This document shows positions 49,573 through 61,363 of a stretch of 64,000 bases of DNA, one piece after another; the stretch's first letter is position 1, and every line of letters begins with the position of its first letter. The notes beneath the pieces are model-generated. The model had not been told where the DNA came from and ran no database searches. It saw nothing but the letters and a program-made list of their open reading frames with translations. This DNA is from an uncultured Methanoregulaceae archaeon (GTDB lineage Archaea > Halobacteriota > Methanomicrobia > Methanomicrobiales > Methanospirillaceae), in the NCBI GenBank assembly GCA_963737635.1, contig CAVTTL010000001.1, positions 1,056,001 to 1,120,000 of the forward strand, in the 5' to 3' direction. A program made the translations under genes and the position numbers.

Positions 49573-52161
49573 TTAATTGATAGTCAAACCCTGCATGACA
49601 GCCGATTCGGGCACGTCAAAAGTCGTGCTCGCTCCTTCGATCTGGTATTTCCCGGTCGCTTTTACATCATAGAGATTACCGGTTGTAGAGTAGGGGACGA
49701 TAAATTCACCGTTGACGCTCTGCTGGCGGTAGGTGAAGTTCCTTCCGGTGTTTGTAACCAGCGGAATGTTGATGATACCGGTGCCCTTTATATGGGCCCC
49801 TTTGACGTATTCGAAAATCTTCACGTACTTAATATCGCTCGTGTTAGTGGTTAGTTCACTGGTTGGCGACTCATGGACGAGACGGTAATGTTGCAGGGCA
49901 GGAATAGCTACGGTCGGGTGGTCGATGGATGAACTGAGTACGGTGGCATGATAACCGGCTTGAGGATTCAGGTTGTATTGTGCGGCCCGGGCTGTCGCGG
50001 CAGATACGTTCATTACGGCAGCATTGGTCATAACAGGATACGGGTATTGCGTGACGCTCTCATCTGCATACTCCACATAGTATGCATCAGTTGGCGTAGC
50101 CATGGATCCATCAAAGTTATGGAGTCGTGAGATCATTGTCTCGTAGTACGCGTCTTCGTTGAGAAGAACAGGTTGGTAACCGCTGGACGCAGTCTGTCCG
50201 GGTACGAGCATGGTCATTTGGTATGGTGCGGCCGCAGCCGTTGCATTGAACCAGGTTGCCATAGCCCAGAATTTCCCGGTATCCATTTCGATATCGGTAA
50301 TTACGAATCTGGTTCCGTCATGATCAAGGATAGTGTCGGCCGTGGGTTCGTCAGTTGCCATAAAATAAGCGGCAGCTCCATTAGATCCGCTGACTCCTGC
50401 CTGGAACGGGTTGGCGTTTGGAATGCGTTTTGCAATATACGTGATCATATGGCCGTAGTCCCACCAGGACATGACCCCGTAAGAGGTATTGGGATAGGTA
50501 AACGTGTTCCTGTTGTAGATGGTATAATAATCGACCCCAGGATCAGGTGTATTGTTTTCCATCCAGATCAGGGAATCCTTCCAGTCCTGGTTCATAAGGA
50601 GGGGGCTACCGGAGGCATTGAAGTAACTGTACGTTACAGAGGTATAGGCAAAAAGAATGCCAAGACCTGCTACGATGAAGACCAGTGCAATAATAGAGAA
50701 TCGGGGATGAGCCGATCCCAGGTCTTTTTTCTGCTGTATTTTTTGTTTTTTCTTCTTTGCCGGTGACTCGTCAGGATGATCGGGTTCGTTTCTAGTACTA
50801 TTGGTGCCGATCCCTAGAAGGCGGGTAATATCTCCCTTGCCCCATTCATAGACAAAACTCACGCAGATAGCCGAGAGCAATACGACATTAACGGCCAAGT
50901 AGTATTCGTACCTGATGTGTTGGCAGGTCGAGTAGAAAATGACAGCCGACCATACCAGCGTGAAGATTTCATGGGGGCGGTCCTCCTGAAAGACACTATA
51001 GAGGATAACCAGTATCCCGCCTACCATAAGAATAAGCCCATAGTTGAACGTTGCCCAGGCGGCTGCTATGGACCAGCCTCGGGCTTCCTCGACAGTATTG
51101 GTCACCGGTGCCTGTCCGAAAAACTCGACGGCAGCGCTGATAAGCTGATTGAAGAATTGTGGTGCTGCTACGTACAGAACTGCGGCACCGATAAGTGCGA
51201 GACCGATGAGCGATAAGGGATAATAATATTTTGGTTTTCCTTTGAGATACCGGGCCAACGAGTACAGCACTGCGGTTCCCGCTATAATCGCAAGATAAGC
51301 ATAGACATGCCCCACAGAATAGGTTGCAAGATCAAGACTGGAGTTTTTAAATCCGAAGAGAAGAAGTCCGATGATTGCTACAGCAAAAATGATGGTATTT
51401 GCTACGAGAAGGTATTCACTTGGCTTGTTACGATAAACACAGACGATAAACTGGATAACCGTAAATATGACAACCATGAGGGCAAATACGATCATCGTCG
51501 GCATCAAAAGAAGGCCCAGCATGTATGCAACACCGGCGAAAATTGACAAGAGTGCTAGTCCCTTCCATGTTGCAAAGCTTTTCAGATCAATCTTAGTGTC
51601 TTTCTGCGAGATGAGGATGTACAAATATAAAAGACAGAACAAGGTCGAAAAGAGCACTTCCCCGATATGGTGATCGAAGTATCCGTACAGGGACCGGTAG
51701 AAAAACTGTCCTGAAACAATCGAGGTAAATCCTGCAGCAAGGAGTCCGGTTTTCCAGTCACCGCAGATCTTCCCGACGAAGTACATAAGGACAACGACCA
51801 CTCCTGCCATGGCGACGGGTACAAGCAGGCAGACGCTGATAATTTCTGGGCGTGTTACGGCACCGGCAATCCAGCAGGCAAATCCGGAGATATAGATAAA
51901 GAGGGGGCCCCAGTAGACCGTGCTTCCGACAGGATACTGGGTCATCGGGTCAAACCAGGTATACGTAAAGTGGTTTGCGAGCAGTTGTTCAACCTGACGC
52001 AGGTTATAGAGTGGGTCGTCACTGCCCACCATTGAGAGAATATCTGTATGGCCCATGGATAGCATGGGCAGCAGGCGGATCCAGACTGCAAAGACTACAA
52101 AAAAAGCCACAAGCCCCGCAATTATCCAGTTCCGGCGGTTTTTCAAATCGAGCTGTACCAT
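49573..52161 (-). CDS. aglB: Oligosaccharyltransferase
   Basis: Multi-TM N-terminus, DHHIGE, TVEEA, MSWWDYGH, NPFQAG. Confidence 0.96.
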   Translation of the reverse strand: MVQLDLKNRRNWIIAGLVAFFVVFAVWIRLLPMLSMGHTDILSMVGSDDPLYNLRQVEQLLANHFTYTWFDPMTQYPVGSTVYWGPLFIYISGFACWIAGAVTRPEIISVCLLVPVAMAGVVVVLMYFVGKICGDWKTGLLAAGFTSIVSGQFFYRSLYGYFDHHIGEVLFSTLFCLLYLYILISQKDTKIDLKSFATWKGLALLSIFAGVAYMLGLLLMPTMIVFALMVVIFTVIQFIVCVYRNKPSEYLLVANTIIFAVAIIGLLLFGFKNSSLDLATYSVGHVYAYLAIIAGTAVLYSLARYLKGKPKYYYPLSLIGLALIGAAVLYVAAPQFFNQLISAAVEFFGQAPVTNTVEEARGWSIAAAWATFNYGLILMVGGILVILYSVFQEDRPHEIFTLVWSAVIFYSTCQHIRYEYYLAVNVVLLSAICVSFVYEWGKGDITRLLGIGTNSTRNEPDHPDESPAKKKKQKIQQKKDLGSAHPRFSIIALVFIVAGLGILFAYTSVTYSYFNASGSPLLMNQDWKDSLIWMENNTPDPGVDYYTIYNRNTFTYPNTSYGVMSWWDYGHMITYIAKRIPNANPFQAGVSGSNGAAAYFMATDEPTADTILDHDGTRFVITDIEMDTGKFWAMATWFNATAAAAPYQMTMLVPGQTASSGYQPVLLNEDAYYETMISRLHNFDGSMATPTDAYYVEYADESVTQYPYPVMTNAAVMNVSAATARAAQYNLNPQAGYHATVLSSSIDHPTVAIPALQHYRLVHESPTSELTTNTSDIKYVKIFEYVKGAHIKGTGIINIPLVTNTGRNFTYRQQSVNGEFIVPYSTTGNLYDVKATGKYQIEGASTTFDVPESAVMQGLTIN

Positions 52162-52225
52162 TAATATCTCCTTTCAGGGTACAAGGTCGTTTTTTGGGGC
52201 ATTAATAATTTGGATGCCCCTTCAA

Positions 52226-53356
52226 TCAAAGGCTTGAGAATACGGATTCAAACTGGCGGGCCTTCTCTTTCCAGCTGTAATTTCCAAGGTCAATATGAAC
52301 GGTTACCGGTTTTTCCATCAGCGTTTTGACCTGGCTCACAAATTCATCCTGTGTCCTGTAAACGAAAAGGTTCGGGCCCCCGATGCGGGCAACATCCGGG
52401 ATCGGACGCATTACGATTGGTTTCCCGCAGGCTGAGTATTCAAAGAACTTGTTGGGGAGGGCAATATCCACCCACTGCGGAGGTGAAAGGGGGATCGTAC
52501 AGACATCCATGCAGGCAATGTACCTTGGTAATTCCGCGTAAGGTTTTGTACCGGTGAAGATAACCTGCCGGGAAACGCCGAGTGATTCGGCAAGCTGCCG
52601 GAGTTCTTTTTCGTAATCCGTAAAAAGCGATCCTCCGACAACAAGGAGGCGTGTTTTTTCCCGGTGTCGGATCAATGCGGGAAGGGCCCGGATCATTTCG
52701 TCTATCGCATACCAGCGTTCGATGCTTCCCGAAAAACCGATAACAAAATCATCATCCCCGATGCCCAGTTCCCGCCGTGTCTGTGTGCCGTCCTGCGGTA
52801 CGAAAAGTTCTGTATCGACACCGTTTGTGATGAGCCCTGCAGAAAATCCAAGCCCTTTGAGTTTATCCACAAGCGAAGGGGATACGGTGGTGATCCTGTC
52901 GCTCCGGGCAAGATTTCTCCGGGTTATCTCCCAGACACTTCTCCTGACGCATCGGGCGATAACCTGGTTTTTGAGGTAGGCTGCGGCGGAATCCGGGAAC
53001 CAATCCTTGAGATCAAAAACAACCGGTACTCCCTGACTCTTTGCCGCAGAAATGACCGCAGACCCGGCAAGGACTTGGGCCGCGACAACGACATCGATTT
53101 GTTTCTCCTTCAGGATCCTGTTGAAAATATAGTAATGGTACGGGGCGTTAAGCGTATAATGCAGGAGAGGATTTTTAATCGCAAACTGAGTCGCTTCCTC
53201 TACAATGAGCCGGGTGGGCCGGGTCTCGCCCCTGCTGACATGAAAATGTGCCACATGCACTTCATGACGCTTGGCAAGTTCCTCGAAGATATAGTGGTGC
53301 CGTGAAGGGACAGGATGGTGGATATAGTCCTGAGTAGAAACAAGGAGAATCTTCAT
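52226..53356 (-). CDS. Glycosyltransferase family 4
   Basis: ITNGVD, PNKFFEYSACGKP; start ATG 53356. Confidence 0.9.
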   Translation of the reverse strand: MKILLVSTQDYIHHPVPSRHHYIFEELAKRHEVHVAHFHVSRGETRPTRLIVEEATQFAIKNPLLHYTLNAPYHYYIFNRILKEKQIDVVVAAQVLAGSAVISAAKSQGVPVVFDLKDWFPDSAAAYLKNQVIARCVRRSVWEITRRNLARSDRITTVSPSLVDKLKGLGFSAGLITNGVDTELFVPQDGTQTRRELGIGDDDFVIGFSGSIERWYAIDEMIRALPALIRHREKTRLLVVGGSLFTDYEKELRQLAESLGVSRQVIFTGTKPYAELPRYIACMDVCTIPLSPPQWVDIALPNKFFEYSACGKPIVMRPIPDVARIGGPNLFVYRTQDEFVSQVKTLMEKPVTVHIDLGNYSWKEKARQFESVFSSL

Positions 53357-53408
53357 GAGTACCTCTCGTATTCCGGACTTCCCGGTAGATGATAATTTTC
53401 TCCGCCGT

Positions 53409-54017
53409 TTATTTTCCTGCATCTTTTTTTGCAAGAGCCTGAGGTAGGTCGCGTATCTTTGCCGGTGCACCTACTGCAAGTTTGTGTGCCGGCACATCCC
53501 GGGTCACGATCGCTCCTGCCGCTATAAGGGCCCCTTCTCCGATATGGATGCCGGGGAGAATGGTCGCATTTGCCCCTATTGCTGCATGACTTTCTATTAC
53601 CGGCCCTACAAGCCCGCCAATTCCTGAGGGAGGGTACCGGTCGTTGGTCAGGACAGCATTGGGCCCGATGAATATATGGTCTCCTATTGTAGTATTGGTA
53701 GGGATATAGACCATGCTCTGAAGATTCACGTTATTTCCAAGACAGGAGTTCCCTTCAATAATAACCCCGGTCCCAGCGGAAACATGGCTCCCCATCCGTG
53801 TTTTTTCCCGGATTATGACATTGTGCCCGGTCTGGAACCGATCCCCGATAATAACGTCGCAATAGATAATAGTACCCGACCTGAGCATAGCATCTTTTCC
53901 GAGGGTTACCCCGGCAAATCCGGTTTTTCCAATATACTCCCGCGAGGGAAATCCAAGAGTAACCGGTTCAAATACCTGCAGGCCGGCTCCTGTTTTATTG
54001 ATCCCATATTCGATCAT
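53409..54017 (-). CDS. Hexapeptide-repeat sugar N-acyltransferase
   Basis: [36 protein letters not shown]. Confidence 0.88.
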   Translation of the reverse strand: MIEYGINKTGAGLQVFEPVTLGFPSREYIGKTGFAGVTLGKDAMLRSGTIIYCDVIIGDRFQTGHNVIIREKTRMGSHVSAGTGVIIEGNSCLGNNVNLQSMVYIPTNTTIGDHIFIGPNAVLTNDRYPPSGIGGLVGPVIESHAAIGANATILPGIHIGEGALIAAGAIVTRDVPAHKLAVGAPAKIRDLPQALAKKDAGK

Positions 54018-55756
54018 TCAACGGTCACACTCTTTGCAAGGTTTCTTGGTTTATCAATATCGCGACCCAGGACCACCGCGGTCCGGTACGCAAGGATCTG
54101 GAGGACTACGAGGCTGGTGAGTACCCAGGTGAAGGGGTGGGTCTTTGGCAGGGGGATAAACAAATCGACAATATCGCGCAGTTCCGGGTCACCTTCACTG
54201 CCGACTGCGATAACTGGTGCCCCACGGGCTTTGATCTCCTTGATATTGGAGACCATTACGCCGTACGTCTCTCCGGGCATACAAATGGCGATAACCGGTG
54301 TTTCCGGTGAAAGGAGGGCAAAAGGTCCGTGTTTTAACTCCCCTGCTGCGTACCCTTCGGCGTGTATATAGGAGATTTCCTTCATTTTGAGGGCGCCCTC
54401 CAGCGCAACAGGATAGAATGGGCCTCTTCCGATATAGAAAATACTCCTGGCATTCCTGCACAGCTCCACCGCACCCGACAGATCCATCAGGAGTACTTCT
54501 TCGATTGCCTGGTGGGCACGCTGGAGTACAGCTTCGTACCTGCCTTCACAGCGTGCATCAACAATCTGCATGAGAACGGCCATCTGGGCTATGAACGATT
54601 TTGTGGCTGCGACACTGATCTCGGGCCCGGCACGCATAAAGAGTGTAGCATCAGCGATCCTGCTCGCCGAACTTCCCAATACATTTGTTATTGCAAGGAT
54701 CTTGCAATTGTGGACCCGTGCCAGCTTAAGTGCAGTCAGCGTGTCCGCAGTCTCTCCCGACTGAGTGATCCCAATCACAAGACCGTTGAGGGGCGGGTGG
54801 AAATACCTGAATTCCGAGGCGACATCCACACGTGCAGGTACCCCACATGACTCTTCAAGCAGATATTTGAAAATAAGACCGGCGTGGTATGATGAGCCGC
54901 AGGCAACAAGGGTCACTGAGGGGAAACGGTAGACGATTGACGGGAGGGTGCTTTTGTCTACTGCCCTCAGCGTGTTGAAGAATGCCTGAGGTTGCTCGTA
55001 GATCTCCTTGACCATGTAATGGGCAAACCCCCCTTTCCGGACTTCTTCGGGTGACCAGTCGATCAGTTCCACCGGCCTGTTCACAATCTGGTTATCATTA
55101 TAAATTTCGACGCTGACTCTTGTCAGGAAAGCGATATCACCATCTTCGAGAAAAACGGCACGCTCCGTGTGGTCCAGCACCGGGGTCATATCTGATGCGG
55201 CGAAATATTCATTGTCACCGACACCCAAAACCAGCGGACTGCCGTTCCGGGCAGCGATCAGACAGTCAGCCCCTGTCGCAATGATGAGCAGTGCGTACGA
55301 ACCCTTGATAAGCGGGAGTATATCCCGGACTGCGGCCAGCAGGTTTGCTGTTTTTGCATACTGCTCCTCGATAAGGTGGGCGACGACTTCTGTATCGGTC
55401 TCCGACCGGAAGACATGACCTCGTGCGGTGAGGGCTTTTTTTAACTCGGCGAAATTTTCGATGATCCCATTGTGAACAACAGCAAGGTGGTTAGTGCAGT
55501 CCGTGTGGGGATGAGCATTGACGTCATTTGGTACACCATGCGTTGCCCAGCGTGTGTGACCAATACCGAGGGTTCCCTGTAACCGGAGAGCACCGGAATA
55601 TTCAGAAATCCGGCCCTTGTGCTTTTCGATCTCAAGATTGCATCCAACGGTGGCAATCCCAAACGAGTCATAACCGCGGTATTCGAGTTTTTTCAGGCCT
55701 TCGAGAATCAGGGGGGCTGCGTGCCTTCTCCCGATGTACCCGACAATCCCGCACAC
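54014..55756 (-). CDS. glmS: Glutamine-fructose-6-phosphate transaminase
   Basis: [32 protein letters not shown]. Confidence 0.97.
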   Translation of the reverse strand: MCGIVGYIGRRHAAPLILEGLKKLEYRGYDSFGIATVGCNLEIEKHKGRISEYSGALRLQGTLGIGHTRWATHGVPNDVNAHPHTDCTNHLAVVHNGIIENFAELKKALTARGHVFRSETDTEVVAHLIEEQYAKTANLLAAVRDILPLIKGSYALLIIATGADCLIAARNGSPLVLGVGDNEYFAASDMTPVLDHTERAVFLEDGDIAFLTRVSVEIYNDNQIVNRPVELIDWSPEEVRKGGFAHYMVKEIYEQPQAFFNTLRAVDKSTLPSIVYRFPSVTLVACGSSYHAGLIFKYLLEESCGVPARVDVASEFRYFHPPLNGLVIGITQSGETADTLTALKLARVHNCKILAITNVLGSSASRIADATLFMRAGPEISVAATKSFIAQMAVLMQIVDARCEGRYEAVLQRAHQAIEEVLLMDLSGAVELCRNARSIFYIGRGPFYPVALEGALKMKEISYIHAEGYAAGELKHGPFALLSPETPVIAICMPGETYGVMVSNIKEIKARGAPVIAVGSEGDPELRDIVDLFIPLPKTHPFTWVLTSLVVLQILAYRTAVVLGRDIDKPRNLAKSVTVE

Positions 55757-55757
55757 G

Positions 55758-56912
55758 TTATATCACCAGGGTCCCGTCGGGGATGATACGGGAATTCACG
55801 TCACGGTTCCCTTCGAGGGTGACATTATTGCCGATAATACCGTTCCGGAACCGGCCAAACGGACCGCAGGTGACATTATCGCCGAGAATAGCACCAAACT
55901 GTGACCGGATGGGAGTTCCCTCGATCTCGAGAAAGCCAGCTGCCGTTTCCGTCGATGTATGGTCGGCAAGTATGCAGCGTTCGCCAATAACAGAATCTAC
56001 GATCCGGGAATGTGAGGCTATTGACGTATCATCCATCACGATTGTGTTCCCGATCAGGCTCAGCGGTTCTATTGTAACCCGGGATCCGATACTTGTGTTA
56101 GGAAGAATACAGCAGTTCGGCCCGATTGTGCAATCATTCCCAATGATAACCGGGCCTGAGATAACCGTATTCGGCCCAATAGTTGTTCCTTTCCCGATAT
56201 GGACCGGCCCATGGATTGTGGCGTGTCGGCTGGATATCCCTTCCCGTGTAGCAGGGAGATGCCTGAGAAGGCGCTGGTTGAGCCGTATCAGGTCCCATGG
56301 ATAAATTGCGTCCTGCCAGTCGTCCGCAGTGACGGCATAAAGGCCGGGGCCGCTATCTATCATGCACGCGACGGCTTCGGTTACATCATTTCCCCGGATG
56401 CAGCGGAAAAAGTCCGCAGATAATGAATATATGCCGGTACTTACGAGAAAACTCGGGGCATGATCTGGCTTCTCTACAATACAATTTACCTGACCGTCCC
56501 GTAGGGTGACCACGCCGAAATTGGAGGGGCTCGGATGTTCCTTTACCAGAACTGCGTTTTTGATATCCTTGATCTTTGCCACCGATTGTGTGTCGATATA
56601 ATTGTCCCCAGGAAGGAGAAGGAAATCCCCTTTGATCCGGGACTCTGCCTGCTGGAGTGCGTGGGCCGTTCCGAGCTGTTTTTCCTGAACGACTACTTCA
56701 ATGGGCAGATCGAGCTGGTTGAGGAACCGGGTCACCTGATCCTTACGGTATCCTACGACGACAATGATGTCACGAATACCATTTGTTATAAGTGCATCGA
56801 TAGTATACGCGATAATCGGACGATTCGCCACCGGAATCATCGCTTTTGGCCGGCTCCACGTGAGAGGGCGGACCCGCCTTCCTTCTCCAGCCGCAAGAAT
56901 AACTGCCTGCAT
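55758..56912 (-). CDS. GlmU-like sugar-phosphate nucleotidyl/acetyltransferase (paralog 2)
   Basis: VILAAGEGRRVRPLT..PKAM, hexapeptide C-terminus. Confidence 0.88.
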   Translation of the reverse strand: MQAVILAAGEGRRVRPLTWSRPKAMIPVANRPIIAYTIDALITNGIRDIIVVVGYRKDQVTRFLNQLDLPIEVVVQEKQLGTAHALQQAESRIKGDFLLLPGDNYIDTQSVAKIKDIKNAVLVKEHPSPSNFGVVTLRDGQVNCIVEKPDHAPSFLVSTGIYSLSADFFRCIRGNDVTEAVACMIDSGPGLYAVTADDWQDAIYPWDLIRLNQRLLRHLPATREGISSRHATIHGPVHIGKGTTIGPNTVISGPVIIGNDCTIGPNCCILPNTSIGSRVTIEPLSLIGNTIVMDDTSIASHSRIVDSVIGERCILADHTSTETAAGFLEIEGTPIRSQFGAILGDNVTCGPFGRFRNGIIGNNVTLEGNRDVNSRIIPDGTLVI

Positions 56913-56920
56913 ACAATAAC

Positions 56921-58121
56921 CTACCGAATAGTTGAGTTCTCGCCAAAATTTCCTTCAATATAAGAGTTGGGTGCAAATTGTGCGTTGCTGCCGATCACCG
57001 ATCCGACGTTGATCGAGCAGTTGATCCCAAAGTTCTGCGTTGTCCCCGATTACGGCACCAAACTTGGTGTGCCGGGTATCCTTTCCTCCGGCCCTGACCG
57101 GGGCATGATCGTGCCTGAGGTTTGCAATCTTCGTTCCCGCGCCGAAGTTACACTCGCTCCCGATGACAGAATCACCGATGTAATTGAAGTGCGGGATCTT
57201 TGTCTTTGGCATCACGATGGAATTTTTAATTTCCGTACAGTGTCCAATGTGACATTCATCTCCTATACTTGTCGCGCCCCGGATATACGTGTGGGGGCCG
57301 ATACGGCAATTATCGCCGATAATGCAGGGACCTTCGATGTATGTTCCAGATTTCACTAGGGTATCCTTTCCAATGATTACCGGACCTGACAGATGTACAC
57401 CCTCCTCAACGGTTCCTGAGTTCATCGAAGAGATCTCTGCAAGAAAAGCTACATTCGCATCGAGCAGATCCCAAGGATACCCCATATCCATCCATGTCGA
57501 AAGGGAAACGGCCATGAGACGTTGATCGTTGATCAGGACGCTGAGGGCATCGGTGAGTTCGAGTTCGCCGCGTGAAGAGGGCCTGACCTGTGAAAGGAGG
57601 TCAAAAATATCCGGGGTAAAAAGGTATGCACCGGCGTTTATAATATTGGATTTGGGATGTTTTGATTTTTCTTCAAGAGCGGTGACCCGTTCGCATTCCA
57701 CGAGGACGGCGCCGAAATCCCCGGGATGATCGGTTGTACTCGTGCCCATACAGGGAGCCGGCATCCGTATCATCCGGACGATATCGGCGCTTGTGAGGAT
57801 CATGTCCCCGTTCATTGCAAGGAACGGGCCGGTGATGAGATCCCGTGCGGAGCGAAGAGCGTCTGCAGTTCCTGCCTGCTGCCGCTGCGGGGCATAAGTG
57901 ATATGAATGCCAAGACGTGCCCCATCCCCAAAATGATTGCGGACTTCACGCTCACCGTATCCGACAACAAATATAAACTCGGTAATGCCGGCATCCCGAG
58001 CCGCGAGTACAAGATGTTCCATCATCGGGCGGTTAGCCACCGGGAGCATCACTTTCGGGCGCCGGGCGGTAAGGGGACGCATGCGTTTTCCTTCACCTGC
58101 TGCCAGCACAACGCACTGCAT
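56921..58121 (-). CDS. glmU: Bifunctional GlmU, frameshift near 57035
   Basis: VLAAGEGKRMRPLT, RGELELTD, HFNYIGDSVIG..NFGAGT; tail FGINCSINVG..STIR* in another frame. Confidence 0.88.
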
Positions 58122-58143
58122 GAGTACACCTCATCCTGAATAT

Positions 58144-59394
58144 TTAAGCAGTTTTCCCCTGCCGGACACGAGCTCTCGCCTGTTCCAGCAGTGCCTTTGC
58201 GGCCGGGAGAGTAGTCCCTTCGGTAGTGATCCTGATCTTAGGCTCAGTGCCACTGGCCCTTATGAGATACCACCCGTCTTCTCTTGCTACCCGGATCCCG
58301 TCCGTTGGATTAGATGCCCCAAGGCTGGTAACGATTTCTCGTGCCTTCTCGTGCGGGATTGATTCCCTGAGAACGGGATAAGCAGGCATGGCATCCAAAC
58401 GCTCCGCGATGTTGCAGCCCGATGCAATCTCGCAGAAGAGGGCAGCAGCAAATGGACCATCCGGGCAGAGCGAATGGTGAGGGAAGATCCAGGCGCCGCT
58501 TGGCTCGCCCCCGAAATCTCCCCATGAGAGCAACTCCTCGGAGACGAAGGCATCCCCGACCGGCGTGCGATGTACTTCTGCAACCTCTTCGATGATCATA
58601 GAGGCGTCGCTGGTGGTGACCACTTTTTTCGCTCCAAGATGTTCGGCAAAGAGCAGGAGCAGATGATCACCATCGATATACCTGCCCTTGTTGTCAAATG
58701 CCATCATCCGGTCTGCATCGCCATCGTGGACAACTGCGCACGCTGCCCCGGTTTTCTTCACCATTTCGCCCACGTATCCAAGGTTTTCCCTGAGGGGTTC
58801 CGAGGGTCGTGCGAAGTGCCCGGCGGGGTTACAGTTCAGGCAAACGGTTTTTACGCCGATCTCGCCCAAGAGGTCCGGGGTAAGGACAGAGCCGGCACCG
58901 TTCCCGCAATCAATGACAACCGAAAGGCCAGGATCTATGGATACTGCATCGAGGATCGCTTTTTTATGGGGTACAAGAACATCAAAACGAGAGTCTGTAC
59001 CCTGGTGCTGCCAGTCCGCCCAGTGAATCCCTTTGAGACATTCCTCTATCTCTTTCTGCTGGGACCGGGTGAATGAAGAGCCATCCGGGTTAAACAGTTT
59101 GATTCCATTGTACTCCTCGGGATTGTGGGAAGCGGTGATCACACACCCGGCCTTTGCGGTGCGGGCACTATATGCGACTGAGGGTGTGGGGGCAATCCCA
59201 GCGAAACGGGCGTGTCCACTTGCACCTTTTATACCGGCAATTATGGTCATCGCAAGAAGGGGGCTTGTGATCCGGGTATCGGTTCCTATTACGCAGTCGG
59301 GAAATCGTTCTCCCATGATGGCCCCGATGGCGAGTGCGGTTTCCACTAGCGACAGGTCAAACCGCTGACGGATCCCTGAAGATCCAAAAAGCAT
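58144..59394 (-). CDS. glmM: Phosphoglucosamine mutase
   Basis: FGSSGIR, TASHNP, HDGDADR, RASGTEP. Confidence 0.92.
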   Translation of the reverse strand: MLFGSSGIRQRFDLSLVETALAIGAIMGERFPDCVIGTDTRITSPLLAMTIIAGIKGASGHARFAGIAPTPSVAYSARTAKAGCVITASHNPEEYNGIKLFNPDGSSFTRSQQKEIEECLKGIHWADWQHQGTDSRFDVLVPHKKAILDAVSIDPGLSVVIDCGNGAGSVLTPDLLGEIGVKTVCLNCNPAGHFARPSEPLRENLGYVGEMVKKTGAACAVVHDGDADRMMAFDNKGRYIDGDHLLLLFAEHLGAKKVVTTSDASMIIEEVAEVHRTPVGDAFVSEELLSWGDFGGEPSGAWIFPHHSLCPDGPFAAALFCEIASGCNIAERLDAMPAYPVLRESIPHEKAREIVTSLGASNPTDGIRVAREDGWYLIRASGTEPKIRITTEGTTLPAAKALLEQARARVRQGKTA

Positions 59395-59434
59395 GCATGA
59401 GGATGGGCCTTTTGTATAAAAAGAGTTTTAGCCT

Positions 59435-60073
59435 CTATCGTGAGGGATCCGGGACAAAATCTGGTATCGGAAGGCCGTACGGGCACCAGTGCTCGCTCTG
59501 CTGGAGCCGGCAGACACCCGCTGTCGACGGCCCGAGAAATAAGAACCGTTTACGTTCTTTCCACGTATTCATGAGATCGCCCATCTCCGGGGAAATGATG
59601 CCCTCGTTATTGACAAGGATGGTATCCGCATCGCCAATGTTCGTGGTTAGGGAAATTTCATGCGACCATTCCAGTGCCGGCATGTTCCCGATACAAAATA
59701 CCCGCTTCCCGGTGAGATTTTCCGTCAATTCCTGCAGACAGGCTTTGTGCGATGGCACCGGGCAGGCCCGCCGCACCCGTGAGATAGAGAAAAAAGCGGT
59801 GGCAACATTGATGATAGCGCACGCCGCACCGCGAACATTTGGTTTGTTGAGGGGTGTTCCGAACATGAACGAGATCTTTGTCATTGCACGGATCGGATCA
59901 TCGGTCACAAATTCCGCAGTTCTTCCTCCGAATGATGCAATCATGCAGGCGCCCCGTTCAAACTGGCAGGTCTTCGCGTCGGGATCGACATCGAGACGGA
60001 CGCCGGTTTCTTCACAACCGCTTCTCTCGAGAATCTCCTCGAGCCGGTTGACTGAGTCCGTAATAATATCCAT
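59435..60073 (-). CDS. Conserved hypothetical protein
   Basis: 212-aa ORF in operon context, FLGPSTAG. Confidence 0.7.
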   Translation of the reverse strand: MDIITDSVNRLEEILERSGCEETGVRLDVDPDAKTCQFERGACMIASFGGRTAEFVTDDPIRAMTKISFMFGTPLNKPNVRGAACAIINVATAFFSISRVRRACPVPSHKACLQELTENLTGKRVFCIGNMPALEWSHEISLTTNIGDADTILVNNEGIISPEMGDLMNTWKERKRFLFLGPSTAGVCRLQQSEHWCPYGLPIPDFVPDPSR

Positions 60074-60687
60074 TATCCCTCGTCTTCTTTTTGTATAAGT
60101 ACGACACGAGCCGGCGCTCCGTCGAGGCCGGCGAGCCGCAATGGTAGGGCGGCCATATCACAGTCCCCTTCGCCAACTTCGGAAAGGTCAAGGAGTTCAA
60201 TGATGATGCAGCCGCACCCGAGGAGTTCCCGGTGAACTGACCCATCGCAGACAAAGGCCTCGATGGAAAAGGAGTCTATACCAAGGCAGAGGGTGCCATG
60301 CGCTCTGAGCAGTTTCGCTGCATTCAGCGTGAGGTGAGGAAAATCCTCCCTGAAATGGGTTTCTTTCGAAAACATCGTTTTTAAGAGGATCCTTTTCGCT
60401 GTTCCAAGCCTGCCCTGTAGGTCTGCTGCCGTAATGGTACTGCCTGTGCCGGTCATGTCCAGCACCCGGCACCGGCCAATGAGATGATCGAGCGGGATGG
60501 TATCGATAGTATCACCGGTTTTTAGGTAATGGACCGGAGCGTCGATATGGGTGCCTGAATGACTGTTCATGCGCAAATCGCTGATCAGGTAGATCCCTGC
60601 ATCCCTCTGGGAAAACTGCGGGGCCGGGTCCCCGGGAAAAGAGACCGTAGAGTCTGAAAGCGGACGCGTAATATCGAGAATTTTCAT
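60073..60687 (-). CDS. Cyclase / kynurenine formamidase family
   Basis: HSGTHIDAPVH, GIDSFS, LDGAPARV. Confidence 0.92.
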   Translation of the reverse strand: MKILDITRPLSDSTVSFPGDPAPQFSQRDAGIYLISDLRMNSHSGTHIDAPVHYLKTGDTIDTIPLDHLIGRCRVLDMTGTGSTITAADLQGRLGTAKRILLKTMFSKETHFREDFPHLTLNAAKLLRAHGTLCLGIDSFSIEAFVCDGSVHRELLGCGCIIIELLDLSEVGEGDCDMAALPLRLAGLDGAPARVVLIQKEDEG

Positions 60688-60690
60688 CGA

Positions 60691-61347
60691 CTATTCCTCC
60701 TCCCACCCGTACTCTCCTATGAGCGGCACAAAACGGACACCGCCGTACTGAGCTTCCCTGAATTGGTCGCCGTGACGTTCGATCACTATGAGATCCTGAA
60801 CAGATCGGCCTCCCACCGGCGCAACCAGCCTTCCCCCATCTGCGAGCTGGGTTTTGAGCGGGCCCGGTATTGCCGGGGTCGCAGCCGTAACGAGGATCCC
60901 GTTGTACGGGGCTGACGGAGGATAGCCAAGTGTTCCGTCGCCCAAAACGATCTCAACATTTTTTGCACTGACTGCCGCGAGGTTAGCACGTGCGTGTTCT
61001 GCTACTGTCTCGATGCGTTCAATTGTAATTACCTTTCGAACGATCATTGAGAGGATCGCCGCCTGATACCCGCTCCCCGCCCCAATCTCAAGTACAATAT
61101 CTCCGGATGTCGGCCGGAGTAGTTCGGTCATAAGTGCTACGATATATGGCTGCGAAATAGTCTGCCCGCTTCCGATTGGCAGGGGTGCATCCGCATACGC
61201 TTCCCGGTCCCAGGGTGGCGGAATAAAAAGGTGGCGAGGAACCTCCCGCATCGCGGTGAGAACTCCCGGGTCGTGGATGCCCCGTGCCTCGATCTGCTGA
61301 TCCACCATCTTGCGGCGTTCTTCCGATCGAGGGTATTGGAGCGTCAT
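60691..61347 (-). CDS. pcm: Protein-L-isoaspartate O-methyltransferase
   Basis: GQTISQPYIVA, LEIGAGSGYQAA, VRFVPL. Confidence 0.95.
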   Translation of the reverse strand: MTLQYPRSEERRKMVDQQIEARGIHDPGVLTAMREVPRHLFIPPPWDREAYADAPLPIGSGQTISQPYIVALMTELLRPTSGDIVLEIGAGSGYQAAILSMIVRKVITIERIETVAEHARANLAAVSAKNVEIVLGDGTLGYPPSAPYNGILVTAATPAIPGPLKTQLADGGRLVAPVGGRSVQDLIVIERHGDQFREAQYGGVRFVPLIGEYGWEEE

Positions 61348-61363
61348 AGACGTGTGGAAAAAC

